Source: Halobacteriales archaeon
GTDB taxonomy: Archaea > Halobacteriota > Halobacteria > Halobacteriales > Hikarchaeaceae
Length of the DNA: 60,251 nt
Assembly (NCBI GenBank): GCA_022450005.1
Contig: JAKURE010000003.1
Coordinates: forward strand, 1 to 60,251
Direction of reading: 5' to 3'
Shown: piece by piece, positions 49,511 to 59,212 of the stretch
Layout of the letters: every line of letters starts with the position of its first letter
Numbering within the stretch: position 1 is the first letter of the stretch
Notes under the pieces: model-generated
The model's database searches: none
What the model saw: only the letters and a program-made list of their open reading frames with translations
Told to the model about the DNA's origin: nothing
Translations under genes and position numbers: made by a program

Positions 49511-50254
49511 ATGTTCAGCGCTACTATCGAAGCAAAAATTCTACAAGAAGCAATCAGCTCTGCAAAAGTATTGGTGGACGAATGCAAACTACGTCTCGAC
49601 AGTGACAGTTTTCGAATTAGGGCTGTCGATCCAGCAAATGTAGGCATGGTCGATCTCGAACTTTCCACATCAGCATTCGTATCATATGAATCCGATGGGG
49701 TAGTATTGGGGATAAATTTATCCCGGCTATCTGATATCACAAACATAGCCCGGTCTGATGAAACTATTGATCTAGAATTCGATGAAGAGGTCCAAAAATT
49801 GACCATTCAAGCAGGCGGATTGCAATATACACTATCTTTAATTGATCCAGCTTCCATACGAAAAGAACCCGATCTACCTGATCTAGATCTCCCCGCAAAA
49901 GTTGTGATAGAAGGCAGGAACTTAGACCAAGGAATCAAAGCCGCAGATATGGTTTCTGACCACATAGCCCTAGGCGTAGATCCCGAATCCCAAACCTTCT
50001 ATATACGTGCAAAAGGAGACACCGATAATGTCCAATTAGAACTAAAACAAGATGAAGTGATTAGTCTCCAACCCTCGTTAGCACATTCTTTATTTTCCCT
50101 AGATTATTTCAAAGACATGAATAAAGCAATACCCAAAACCACTCCTGTGACACTATCCATGGGGGAAGAATACCCCATCCAAATTAATTTTCCAATCGCA
50201 GATGGAAATGGTCAAGTAACTTATTTACTTGCCCCTAGAATCCAAAGCGACTAG
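49511..50254 (+). CDS. pcn: PCNA sliding clamp
   Basis: 247 aa. From memory, highly similar along its full length to haloarchaeal PCNA (AVDPANVGMVDL, DLPDLDL, AADMVSDHIALGVD, HSLFSLDY, LAPRIQS). Confidence 0.92.
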   Translation: MFSATIEAKILQEAISSAKVLVDECKLRLDSDSFRIRAVDPANVGMVDLELSTSAFVSYESDGVVLGINLSRLSDITNIARSDETIDLEFDEEVQKLTIQAGGLQYTLSLIDPASIRKEPDLPDLDLPAKVVIEGRNLDQGIKAADMVSDHIALGVDPESQTFYIRAKGDTDNVQLELKQDEVISLQPSLAHSLFSLDYFKDMNKAIPKTTPVTLSMGEEYPIQINFPIADGNGQVTYLLAPRIQSD

Positions 50255-50262
50255 ATTTTTTA

Positions 50263-51570
50263 TTATCCATTTACTTTCCCCTTTTGTTTGTATGGCAATC
50301 TAGCCAGAAGTATGACCAATGGGATAAAAGCGATTGCCCCCACAACAAATGGAGACCAAATAGCTATGGTGTATAATACAGCCATGAACGGTGGACCCAT
50401 TGTTCTTCCAAGACTTCCTGCACTTTGAAAAATCCCAAATGATACCCCTTGTGTATCTTCCCTAGCAGCCAGTGAAATCAACGTCGATAACGACACGCTA
50501 AAACAAGCATTTGAAACAGCAAGTATTCCCAAAACCACGAGAAGACTAACCACACCCGGATCTATCACATTTCCATTTAATATGATTGGGCAAAAAGGCA
50601 TCATAATCATCGAAACCATCAACCCAACAGACGAGCCAATCGCGACATTTCTTGGGGAATATTTCTTAATGAGCCTCGGACCAAACATCCCATGAGAAAC
50701 CGCACTAATCACTCCAATATATGTAAGAATCATCCCCGCAGTAGCGGCCCCATACCCGTAAACATCAGCGATAAAAGGTATGAACATCACCGTAATCCCT
50801 GAAAAAGCAATAGCACCCACCAATGAGACAATGACCACTCCTCTAATCGAATAGTTCTTCAGGGGCTCTAGTAACTCTGAAAAATTACTCTCCCTCCTTT
50901 CCACTCCCTCGGATAGATTCGATTCTGGAAGATAAAAAATACATAGGACCATCCCCAAAAAGCTCAACAAACCAGCACCAAAACTCGGCAGCGAATAGAT
51001 AGTTATTGGAATTATTGCTGGAAGTATGGAATCGACAATTCCAATTATATATTCTGTAGCTAAGACTCCCCCAATAGCTGGTCCTATTATGAACCCCACC
51101 GCGAATGCGGCACCAATATATCCTAGATATCGTGGCCTCTCTTCTTCCGTAGTAACATCCGCGATATACGCATTCGCCGTAGAAATATTTCCTCCCATCG
51201 CCCCTGCAAACATACGAGCTAAAAACAATAATACTAGCCCCCCCATTATACTATACGATCCAATCTCTTCTGCAATTCCAAAGAAAAACCATGCCACAGA
51301 ACTCCCAAATAAAGAAATCACTAAAATAGGACGTCTGCCCCATACATCTGATAACTTACCTAAAAATGGAGATGACACAAATTGCATTAACGAATACGAC
51401 GCTGCCAACAACCCAATTGCAATATCACTAACACCAAAACTCCTAACATAAAATGGTAAGACTGGTATGATTATCCCAAACCCAATTAGATCTAATAATA
51501 TGACAAAAAATACTATTGATAACGCCCTCTTTGGATTGGAAATTCCCTTTCTTTTTTCTGGAAGTTTCAT
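50263..51570 (-). CDS. MFS transporter (drug:H+ antiporter-like)
   Basis: 435 aa, 12 TM. MFS motif GKLSDVWGRRP between TM2 and TM3. Confidence 0.8.
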   Translation of the reverse strand: MKLPEKRKGISNPKRALSIVFFVILLDLIGFGIIIPVLPFYVRSFGVSDIAIGLLAASYSLMQFVSSPFLGKLSDVWGRRPILVISLFGSSVAWFFFGIAEEIGSYSIMGGLVLLFLARMFAGAMGGNISTANAYIADVTTEEERPRYLGYIGAAFAVGFIIGPAIGGVLATEYIIGIVDSILPAIIPITIYSLPSFGAGLLSFLGMVLCIFYLPESNLSEGVERRESNFSELLEPLKNYSIRGVVIVSLVGAIAFSGITVMFIPFIADVYGYGAATAGMILTYIGVISAVSHGMFGPRLIKKYSPRNVAIGSSVGLMVSMIMMPFCPIILNGNVIDPGVVSLLVVLGILAVSNACFSVSLSTLISLAAREDTQGVSFGIFQSAGSLGRTMGPPFMAVLYTIAIWSPFVVGAIAFIPLVILLARLPYKQKGKVNG

Positions 51571-52154
51571 TCCATCCTCTCAATTACCCTCTTTGCAGCT
51601 TGTGCCTTTTCCATCCACCCATATCCTCCCTCATATACGTGTTTTTTATTACCTATCACATCTTTGGGGACTGATTCTCCAAATCCACCTCTCTCCCAAC
51701 TACCACTCCGCACAAGCCATTGAGTAACTTTTTCTTGTGTCTCCTCCCATGAAAATCCAACCATTTTGTGCCACGCCAACATAGCAAAAAGAGCGTTGTC
51801 GTGACACCCTGGATAACTCCCTTTTTCATATATGGTCCTCATAGGTTCTGATACTGGTTCTGATATTCTGTCTGCCCTTTCTGCAGGAGTTAATAGTCTA
51901 ATTTTTCCCAATTCTCCTTGCTCAACACGTTGTTCTCTTGTTAAAATGAACATTATCCCTGAGTGGAGATTCTTCCATTCCGATTGAATTCTGCTCGCTA
52001 TTTCTTTCTGCGTACTCGGATCGACCAAAATTAAAGAAATAATATCAATATATGCTTTTTCGATCTCATCTCTAGAACATAATTCAAATTTACATTCTGG
52101 AGCATGCATACTACTTCTAGTCCGGCACCCCGGGCAGGGATATGCAAAAAGCAT
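51567..52154 (-). CDS. Conserved hypothetical Zn-ribbon protein, divergent from priL
   Basis: 195 aa. N-terminal CPGC...C..ELC cluster. The stop overlaps the MFS start. No enzymatic motif recognised. Confidence 0.55.
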   Translation of the reverse strand: MLFAYPCPGCRTRSSMHAPECKFELCSRDEIEKAYIDIISLILVDPSTQKEIASRIQSEWKNLHSGIMFILTREQRVEQGELGKIRLLTPAERADRISEPVSEPMRTIYEKGSYPGCHDNALFAMLAWHKMVGFSWEETQEKVTQWLVRSGSWERGGFGESVPKDVIGNKKHVYEGGYGWMEKAQAAKRVIERME

Positions 52155-52278
52155 AGGTACATTATTATACCTTTACCTAGGGTTTAGGTACATCGATACA
52201 CAGAGACTCTAAAAAACATAGGAATCCACAAACGTCACCGGATAAGTTTATCCTGGATGCAGTTCGAGAGCATAGTAA

Positions 52279-53289
52279 ATGGAAATTCTACATGCAAAAT
52301 ATCCGTTTTTATCCTCTGCAAAAGAGAGCGTAGCGGATTCCGGGTTCGATTTAATCTCTACCATACAAACCAACCAGCCAACAGTAAACCGTGCCCTGGA
52401 ACGCATTTTGTGTGCAATTGAAGAAGGATCAATAGGCCCAGAACATAGAAATGCAACAGTAGAACTTTTGTCATATCCACTAGCGCGTATTCTAGTTTCT
52501 CTAGTAAACGAACCCGGCCTAACACACAGGTATTCTTGGGCAGAATCGCAAACTGCTATGTCTCACTTCCAAAACGATCTGGAAGATAACACTGAACTGA
52601 AAAGCATCAGTCCTGCCCGACTATCCTTAAAAACACTCTTAGACGAATTACAAGTCACAAAAAATATAGTCCAATATGGTGATACATTTTCGATTTCAGT
52701 TGAAACCTATCTATCCTTTATTTCTTATCTACCCGGTGCTAGCTGGAAGTTGGTATTTCAAGCACTCTCTCAAGGAAACATCACCGTCGAAGAATCTGAA
52801 TTATATAAACTCTTGGGAGTTGGAATTTTTCGGCAAATAAAAAGTGATCTCCCTCTCAAAGTTCCCAAAGAAGCAGAAAAACTATTGCAAACACAATTAA
52901 AATCCATCCACAGTTACATCGACGAAATCGATCTCGAACCAGAATTGGGTCCCGTTTCTATCGATTTTTTCCCGCCTTGTATGGTGCATCTCTTACAACG
53001 GATGGAATCCAACGAAATACTCAATCCACCATCTTTGTTCTCACTGACTTCTTTTCTTATTTCTACCCAAAAAAATCCCCAAGACACTCTTGATTATTTA
53101 AAAAACAATTCTTTCCATCCCTCTCTAATCCAATCTACCATGAATTATCTCCAAGATAAAGACGGGGCACCCATATACCCCCCGCCATCATGCGCAACAA
53201 TGCAAGCGTATGGTGATTGTGTTAATATGGATGAAATTTGTCAAACAATATCTCATCCACTTCAATACTCCTCTAAAAAACACCCTTAG
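52279..53289 (+). CDS. priL: DNA primase large subunit PriL
   Basis: 336 aa. FPPCM motif plus C-terminal Cys residues (SCATMQAYGDCVNMDEIC) consistent with the PriL 4Fe-4S domain. Confidence 0.85.
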   Translation: MEILHAKYPFLSSAKESVADSGFDLISTIQTNQPTVNRALERILCAIEEGSIGPEHRNATVELLSYPLARILVSLVNEPGLTHRYSWAESQTAMSHFQNDLEDNTELKSISPARLSLKTLLDELQVTKNIVQYGDTFSISVETYLSFISYLPGASWKLVFQALSQGNITVEESELYKLLGVGIFRQIKSDLPLKVPKEAEKLLQTQLKSIHSYIDEIDLEPELGPVSIDFFPPCMVHLLQRMESNEILNPPSLFSLTSFLISTQKNPQDTLDYLKNNSFHPSLIQSTMNYLQDKDGAPIYPPPSCATMQAYGDCVNMDEICQTISHPLQYSSKKHP

Positions 53290-53297
53290 AAATCTAA

Positions 53298-53507
53298 TTA
53301 TTCTTCTATTCTCGAAAGTAAATATCCCGTTCCCATCATCGCCACTATAAACCCAACTATCACCACAATTATCCACAACGTCCCTTCTTGAAGAACCCCT
53401 TCTTGCATAGAATATTTGTTTCCAATATATACTATTGCCACTACAAAAATACTTGCCCAGGCCACAGAAGCGATTATCTCCAACAATCGAATTCGTGGTA
53501 TACTCAT
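53298..53507 (-). CDS. Hypothetical small membrane protein
   Basis: 69 aa with two hydrophobic helices. No homology recognised. Confidence 0.4.
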   Translation of the reverse strand: MSIPRIRLLEIIASVAWASIFVVAIVYIGNKYSMQEGVLQEGTLWIIVVIVGFIVAMMGTGYLLSRIEE

Positions 53508-53532
53508 ACTCTATCTATTTCTTAGAAATAGT

Positions 53533-53549
53533 AAAAAGGGCTTCGAAGC
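53533..53549 (-). terminator. Possible terminator after hjc (palindrome plus T-run)
   Basis: On the minus strand, GCTTCGAAGC (a perfect 10-nt palindrome, 53540-53549) is followed by CCTTTTT. It lies about 35 nt downstream of the hjc stop. Confidence 0.3.
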
Positions 53550-53582
53550 AAAACAATCCCTTATCTAATACCATCCTGATGT

Positions 53583-54020
53583 TCATTTCTCTTCATTATA
53601 ATCTCCAAACGTTGTCTTTTCCGACTCGCCAACCAATTCCTCAAAATCAATTCCCTTCTCATACATGTCCTCCCGCGAAACGCGATAGTTCCCACCTTTT
53701 GTTATATACAAGTCCCCCGGGTGAAAGAAATACCACTTCTCATTATTAAATCTTACACCAATACGCGCTTTGGCACCAAAGTTCTGAGAGAAATAAACTA
53801 AAGCTTCAACCTCTTCTCCACTCAAATAGATCTTATCACTAGCACTTGATTTAACTTCAAATGCATAAAATAATTTTCCATTTCCTGCTAATACATCTGG
53901 CAATTCTCGCGATGTGGCACCGCCACTTGCAGGTGCCCGCATAACGGCAAAACCCGCTTTGTCTAGTAATCTTACCAGTTCCCTTTCCACCCGACTGCCC
54001 TTTGCTTGGGCCGAACTCAC
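53583..54020 (-). CDS. hjc: Holliday junction resolvase Hjc
   Basis: 145 aa. [25 protein letters not shown]...D..A...FEVK catalytic pattern. A GTG start overlaps the ahcY stop (GTGA). Confidence 0.88.
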   Translation of the reverse strand: MSSAQAKGSRVERELVRLLDKAGFAVMRAPASGGATSRELPDVLAGNGKLFYAFEVKSSASDKIYLSGEEVEALVYFSQNFGAKARIGVRFNNEKWYFFHPGDLYITKGGNYRVSREDMYEKGIDFEELVGESEKTTFGDYNEEK

Positions 54021-55297
54021 GTCCCGAACTCCGACCCTCTCAAATAATTATCTTGTGACTCTGAGAGATAGTCTATCTCAATCCCCTCCGATCTGAGTTT
54101 TATTTCTGCCACCTGGGCATCTAGTTCGATTGGTACTGAATGTACCCCTGGACCATAAGTAGGATTTACAACCATCTCGCGCATACAGACCGCTTGCATA
54201 CCAAAACTTTGATCCATTATCTCAATCGGATGCCCAAGAGATAATGGGCTGGCTAAATTGACAAGTCTCCCCGAAGCAAGCACATTAATTCTGCGACCAT
54301 CTTTCAATTGATACTCTCGAACCCCATCTCTCACTATTCGTTCAGATGTGGCTAATTTTTCTAGCTCTTTTATATTGATCTCAACATCAAAATGCCCAGC
54401 ATTTGCAAGAATAACCCCATCCCGCATCAATTCAAAGTGATTTTTATTAAGAATATCACAGTTCCCCGTCGTCGTAATGAATACATCCCCCCTGTGGGCC
54501 GCTTGCAACATCGGCATAACTTCATAGCCCTCCATGTATGCCTCCAAACTCCTCAATGGATCTACCTCTGTAATTATTACCCGTGCGTTTTGACCGGATA
54601 TTTTCTTCGCTACCCCCCTCCCACAATAACCATAGCCTGCCACGACTACTGTCTTACCCGCCCATGAAAAATTAGTCGTAACAGCAATGGAGAGTATAGT
54701 TGATTCTCCCGTCCCATGAATATTGTCAAATAAACGCTTCATTGGGGTATCATTAACTGCAAAAACAGGATACTTGAGTTTTCCTTCAGCTTCCATAGAC
54801 TTGAGTCGATGCACCCCTGTAGTAGTCTCTTCACATCCTCCAATTACATCCTTTATCCTTTCCTCATGATTTTCATGCAATGCAAAAATTAGATCCCCCC
54901 CATCATCCAATGTCAAAGTGGGATTGTGGGAAATCACCGCTTCTATTCCTTTGTAGTATTCTTCATCAGTAATTCCCTTTGCAGCATAACTCGAAATCAT
55001 TGGATTGGCATCCAGTGCAAAACTCACATCATCATGGGTTGAAAGGGGATTACAACCAGTCACTACAACCTTTGCACCACCTTCTGCTAGTAATTCTAAT
55101 AACACAGCTGTTTTCGCTTCAACATGCAACGCGACACCTATACATTGATCTCGAAAAGGCATCTCGCGAATGAATTGTTCACGCAAAAAAGAAAGAATAG
55201 GCATATTGGTCGCAGCCCAGTCAATTTTCTCTCTCCCTGTATCTATGTGATTATCCACATTGTCAACGGAATCTGAAATGGTGGGATAAATAGTCAT
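54017..55297 (-). CDS. ahcY: Adenosylhomocysteinase-family hydrolase (SAH/S-inosylhomocysteine hydrolase)
   Basis: NAD-binding [14 protein letters not shown], and overall collinearity with AhcY. ATG 55297 is preferred over the TTG at 55324. Confidence 0.88.
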   Translation of the reverse strand: MTIYPTISDSVDNVDNHIDTGREKIDWAATNMPILSFLREQFIREMPFRDQCIGVALHVEAKTAVLLELLAEGGAKVVVTGCNPLSTHDDVSFALDANPMISSYAAKGITDEEYYKGIEAVISHNPTLTLDDGGDLIFALHENHEERIKDVIGGCEETTTGVHRLKSMEAEGKLKYPVFAVNDTPMKRLFDNIHGTGESTILSIAVTTNFSWAGKTVVVAGYGYCGRGVAKKISGQNARVIITEVDPLRSLEAYMEGYEVMPMLQAAHRGDVFITTTGNCDILNKNHFELMRDGVILANAGHFDVEINIKELEKLATSERIVRDGVREYQLKDGRRINVLASGRLVNLASPLSLGHPIEIMDQSFGMQAVCMREMVVNPTYGPGVHSVPIELDAQVAEIKLRSEGIEIDYLSESQDNYLRGSEFGT

Positions 55298-55353
55298 GAG
55301 TTCTCTAAGCGACGCACGAAACAAAAGTGTTTCAAGATTCTATCTATCTTAAA

Positions 55354-56652
55354 TTACTCCCTTTTCCCTACCCGTTCACTAAGATCATTCGCACATATAC
55401 GAGCAGATGCTATGACTTTAGATTCGTCCAAAGTTAGTATTTCTCTGTCTTTCATAAGGACTTTTCCATCACAAATAGTATGGATCACATCTGAACCCTT
55501 TGCCGCATATACCAGGAGATTCACACATTTCCTCATTGGGGTAAGATGCGCAGCTTCGAGATCCAATACTGCCAAGTCCGCAACCCAACCCGGTTCTATT
55601 CTCCCTGCTGGTATGTCCAATATGTTTGCCCCACCCACTGTGGCCATTGAAAAAACAGATGTGGCATTCACAGCACTAGCACTTTTAGCAGATAGTTTTC
55701 CTACCATCGCAGCGTCTCTCATCTCCCCAAATAAATCTAAGTCATTGTTTGAAGCAGCTCCATCCGTCCCGAGCCCTATTGTAACCCCCTCATTCTGCAA
55801 TTTTTGAATTGGGGCAATCCCACTGGCCAATTTCATATTGGACGCTGGACAATGAACAACCCCTATACCCTCATCCGCCAAAATACCAATTTCATTTGAA
55901 TCAACATGAACACAGTGAGCCGCGAAATCCCCTGCACTCAAAATACCATATTCCGATGCAAGCTCTATCGGTCTCATCCCGTGCATTTTGATAGTTTTTT
56001 CGACATCTTCTAACGTTTCATTAGTGTGGAGGTGAATTGGAATTCCCAGATCTCTAGCACGGGGAATGTGTTCTTCAAAATATTCTAAGTCAACTGTATT
56101 CATACTATGAGGCATAAATGCTGTTTTAATTCTGCCATCTGCAAATCCACTATATTCTTCAGCAAATTTTAGTCCCTTTTCAGCATCCAAATAAGCATCA
56201 TCTTCATTTTTACCAACTGTCACCACACCCTGACCTAACACCGCACGCATCCCCGAACTTTCAGTAGCCCTTGCGACTTCGGGCATGTGGAAATACATGT
56301 CACAAAACGTAGTAGTACCCGATTTAATTAATTCAACCAAAGCCAATTGGGATCCAATATAAACATCTTCGGATGTCAAATGAGATTCGATAGGCCATAT
56401 ATCTTCTTTCAACCACTCCTCGAGAGGTTTGTCATCTGAATAACCCCGTAAAAGTGTCATGGCCATGTGAGTATGTGAATTTACCAAACCCGGAATGACC
56501 AATCCCCCTCTTGCATCTATTTCTTCATCACCTCTAAGTGACTCCCCCACTTCTAAAATTAGTCCCCCATCGACATCTATGAGGACATCTAAAAATTCTA
56601 GGGTCAAGTCTTCTTTTAAGACTCTACCCCCTATGACACTTAGAGTATTCAT
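55354..56652 (-). CDS. mtaD: 5'-methylthioadenosine/S-adenosylhomocysteine deaminase
   Basis: 432 aa amidohydrolase. NSHTHMAMTLLRG, HLHTNE and GTDGAASNN motifs typical of MtaD/TRZ-ATZ deaminases. Confidence 0.82.
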   Translation of the reverse strand: MNTLSVIGGRVLKEDLTLEFLDVLIDVDGGLILEVGESLRGDEEIDARGGLVIPGLVNSHTHMAMTLLRGYSDDKPLEEWLKEDIWPIESHLTSEDVYIGSQLALVELIKSGTTTFCDMYFHMPEVARATESSGMRAVLGQGVVTVGKNEDDAYLDAEKGLKFAEEYSGFADGRIKTAFMPHSMNTVDLEYFEEHIPRARDLGIPIHLHTNETLEDVEKTIKMHGMRPIELASEYGILSAGDFAAHCVHVDSNEIGILADEGIGVVHCPASNMKLASGIAPIQKLQNEGVTIGLGTDGAASNNDLDLFGEMRDAAMVGKLSAKSASAVNATSVFSMATVGGANILDIPAGRIEPGWVADLAVLDLEAAHLTPMRKCVNLLVYAAKGSDVIHTICDGKVLMKDREILTLDESKVIASARICANDLSERVGKRE

Positions 56653-56743
56653 ATATCCCCTTTGAGATAGAGGACATTAGCCCCTACGATATGATCCTAA
56701 TATACCGAAAGAGTGTTTCTCGTAGATTACATTAGGTATACTT

Positions 56744-57610
56744 ATGAGAATCGCGTTACCGAATAAAGGCCGTCTCCACACTCCTGCATCTAATTTACTA
56801 TCTAGAGCAGGAATCCATGTGAGAGAATCTCAGCAAGACAGGAAACTTTGGGCCGATACAACCATTCCTGATACTACTGTCATCTATGTTCGATCAGAAG
56901 ATATTCCTAGATATGTTAGCAGCGGTGCAGCAGACATAGGAATCACTGGACACGATCAAATCAAAGAAAAGAGTTTTGACAATATAGTCGATATTTTGGA
57001 CTTGGATTTTGGAAAATGCAAACTAGTGGTAGCTTCACTTGACCCCCGTGTCAACTCCGACGTTTCAATCGATTCCCTTGAAAAATTAAAAGGAAAACGT
57101 GTCGCAACAGAGTTTCCAAACATAACTAAAACTTTCTTTGAAAATCAAAATATACCTATAGAAATAGTAAAAGTAGGTGGGGCAACCGAACTTACACCTC
57201 ACGTTCGCATGGCAGATGCAATCGTAGATATTGTCAGCTCTGGAGAAACCCTTCGTAGCAACCAACTCATCATCTTAGAAGAGGTATTAAACAGCAGCGC
57301 CCGATTAATCTCTCGAGATGATGTACAAGACCATCCTTTGACCAAAAAAATTGCTGGGGCACTTTCTTCTGTTGTCGCAGCTAAAAATAAGAGATATCTG
57401 ATGATGAATGCCCCTCGGGAAAAATTAGAAGACATCACGTCCGTAATACCCGGATTATCTAGTCCAACTGTGATTGATACTGCTGGAGACTCCACGGTAG
57501 TTATCCACGCCGTGGTGGATGAATCAGATGTCTTCGATACAATCGAACTTCTCAAAGAAAAAGGAGCAACTGGAATTTTAGTAACTACCATCGATAGATT
57601 AGTCGAATAA
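56744..57610 (+). CDS. hisG: ATP phosphoribosyltransferase (long form)
   Basis: 288 aa. MRIALPNKGRL N-terminus, DIVSSGETL motif and a C-terminal regulatory domain. Confidence 0.88.
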   Translation: MRIALPNKGRLHTPASNLLSRAGIHVRESQQDRKLWADTTIPDTTVIYVRSEDIPRYVSSGAADIGITGHDQIKEKSFDNIVDILDLDFGKCKLVVASLDPRVNSDVSIDSLEKLKGKRVATEFPNITKTFFENQNIPIEIVKVGGATELTPHVRMADAIVDIVSSGETLRSNQLIILEEVLNSSARLISRDDVQDHPLTKKIAGALSSVVAAKNKRYLMMNAPREKLEDITSVIPGLSSPTVIDTAGDSTVVIHAVVDESDVFDTIELLKEKGATGILVTTIDRLVE

Positions 57611-57677
57611 AATTCAATATTTAGTATATTTTGTGGGCATCGATATCCTCATCATTTATCAGAACTGAATCGCTGCT

Positions 57678-58643
57678 GTGTATGTTCTAGAACTAGCAGG
57701 TGAAAACTGCGATTTCGCTGCAGCCGAGGCTCAAAATGCGGCAAAAGGAGTACAGGTAATCGCACCAGGGTTAGCCCTCGCGGAAACAGTTTCTCTCCCC
57801 CGAACTATCCATTTGGGCTATACCCACCGAGTCAGTGAGGTCCTCTTACAAACCTCATCTCGATTATCTGAACTTCTTTCTTCCTTAGATATGATCCACC
57901 TAGACCAACCAGGTACTATCGCCATCCGAGCTAGAGATATTCGAAGATCCACCAACATTGACACACAAAAAGTCGAACGAGAAGTAGGAACTGTATTTGT
58001 CAACAAAGGATTTTCTGTTGATCTGGATACTCCCATTCATGAAATTAGAGTTCTTTTTTCGGGAGATATCTGTATAGTAGGGCGCCTGCTCGAAACAAGT
58101 TCGAAGGGATATTCAGACCGCAACCCTACAAAAAAACCTTTCTTTCAGCCTGGGAGTATGGACCCAATCGAAGCACGGGCGATTGCCAATTTAGCTGGGG
58201 CAAGACCCAACTCCATAATATTCGATCCTATGTGCGGCACTGGTGGAATTCTCATAGAAGCCGCATTGATGGGGGCAACTGTGTATGGCATGGATGCACA
58301 ACAAAAAATGATACTTGGAGCGAACCAAAACCTTCGACATTACTCTGTTAAAAATTTCGTAACCATTCGAGGTGATGCTGCAAATCTACCCCTTTCAACC
58401 AAAATAGATTCAATCCTATTCGATGTTCCTTACGGCCGTCAATCAAAAATAACCGGGTATGAGATAGATGTCCTCATAGAGCGCACTCTTAAAGAAGCAT
58501 ATCTTCTCACTTCAAAAGTAGTTGTCATTTCTGACTTTCCACTTGAAAAATTAGCCAAACAATCTGGATGGGTTCTCAAAAATCACTTCACACGGAGGGT
58601 CCATAAATCTTTAACTCGACATGTCCACATTCTCCATAAATAA
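57678..58643 (+). CDS. THUMP-domain tRNA (guanine-N2)-methyltransferase (Trm11/Trm-G10 family)
   Basis: 321 aa. GTG start, N-terminal THUMP-like region, SAM motif DPMCGTGGILIEA and catalytic DVPYG. Confidence 0.8.
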   Translation: MYVLELAGENCDFAAAEAQNAAKGVQVIAPGLALAETVSLPRTIHLGYTHRVSEVLLQTSSRLSELLSSLDMIHLDQPGTIAIRARDIRRSTNIDTQKVEREVGTVFVNKGFSVDLDTPIHEIRVLFSGDICIVGRLLETSSKGYSDRNPTKKPFFQPGSMDPIEARAIANLAGARPNSIIFDPMCGTGGILIEAALMGATVYGMDAQQKMILGANQNLRHYSVKNFVTIRGDAANLPLSTKIDSILFDVPYGRQSKITGYEIDVLIERTLKEAYLLTSKVVVISDFPLEKLAKQSGWVLKNHFTRRVHKSLTRHVHILHK

Positions 58644-58651
58644 TCTGATCA

Positions 58652-59212
58652 TCAACTTTCCATCAAAATAGACTCTCCCGCCCTAACTCTATCTCCCATC
58701 TTAACTAGTACGTCCTCTATACGTCTCTCTGCAGGGAATATGACATCCACCCGGCTACCAAATTCAATATGGCCAATACGCTCTCCCTTTTCAATACGAT
58801 CTCCAACTTTTATATATGGTTTTATACGACGAGCTAGTGCACCTGCTATCAATACAATTTCCCATTCATCACTTGTTTTTACTTTACTCTCTCTTGGTGG
58901 GTCCACTGTACATACAATTCTAACTCTCTCATTTCTATCCGACTCCTTTGAGAAAGCAGGAAAGAACCCCCCTGATATGTGCTCCATCTCTTTAACACAC
59001 CCTGACACAGGGGCCCGATTAACGTGAACATCATACACATTCATGAACACCCCCACTCTCACTCTCCCATCCATTTCCTTCCTTAATACACTTATTTTCC
59101 CATCTGCCGGAGACACAATACCGGTGATTGGAATTTCCCTATTGGGATCTCTTTTACTCCACACTATGAACAAAACGACAACAACCACAAGAGCTATGAT
59201 TATCTCTTTCAT
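58652..59212 (-). CDS. psd: Phosphatidylserine (archaetidylserine) decarboxylase proenzyme, short type
   Basis: 186 aa. N-terminal TM helix and the self-cleavage motif FGSRVD near the C-terminus. The start overlaps the RFC-like stop (ATGA). Confidence 0.78.
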   Translation of the reverse strand: MKEIIIALVVVVVLFIVWSKRDPNREIPITGIVSPADGKISVLRKEMDGRVRVGVFMNVYDVHVNRAPVSGCVKEMEHISGGFFPAFSKESDRNERVRIVCTVDPPRESKVKTSDEWEIVLIAGALARRIKPYIKVGDRIEKGERIGHIEFGSRVDVIFPAERRIEDVLVKMGDRVRAGESILMES

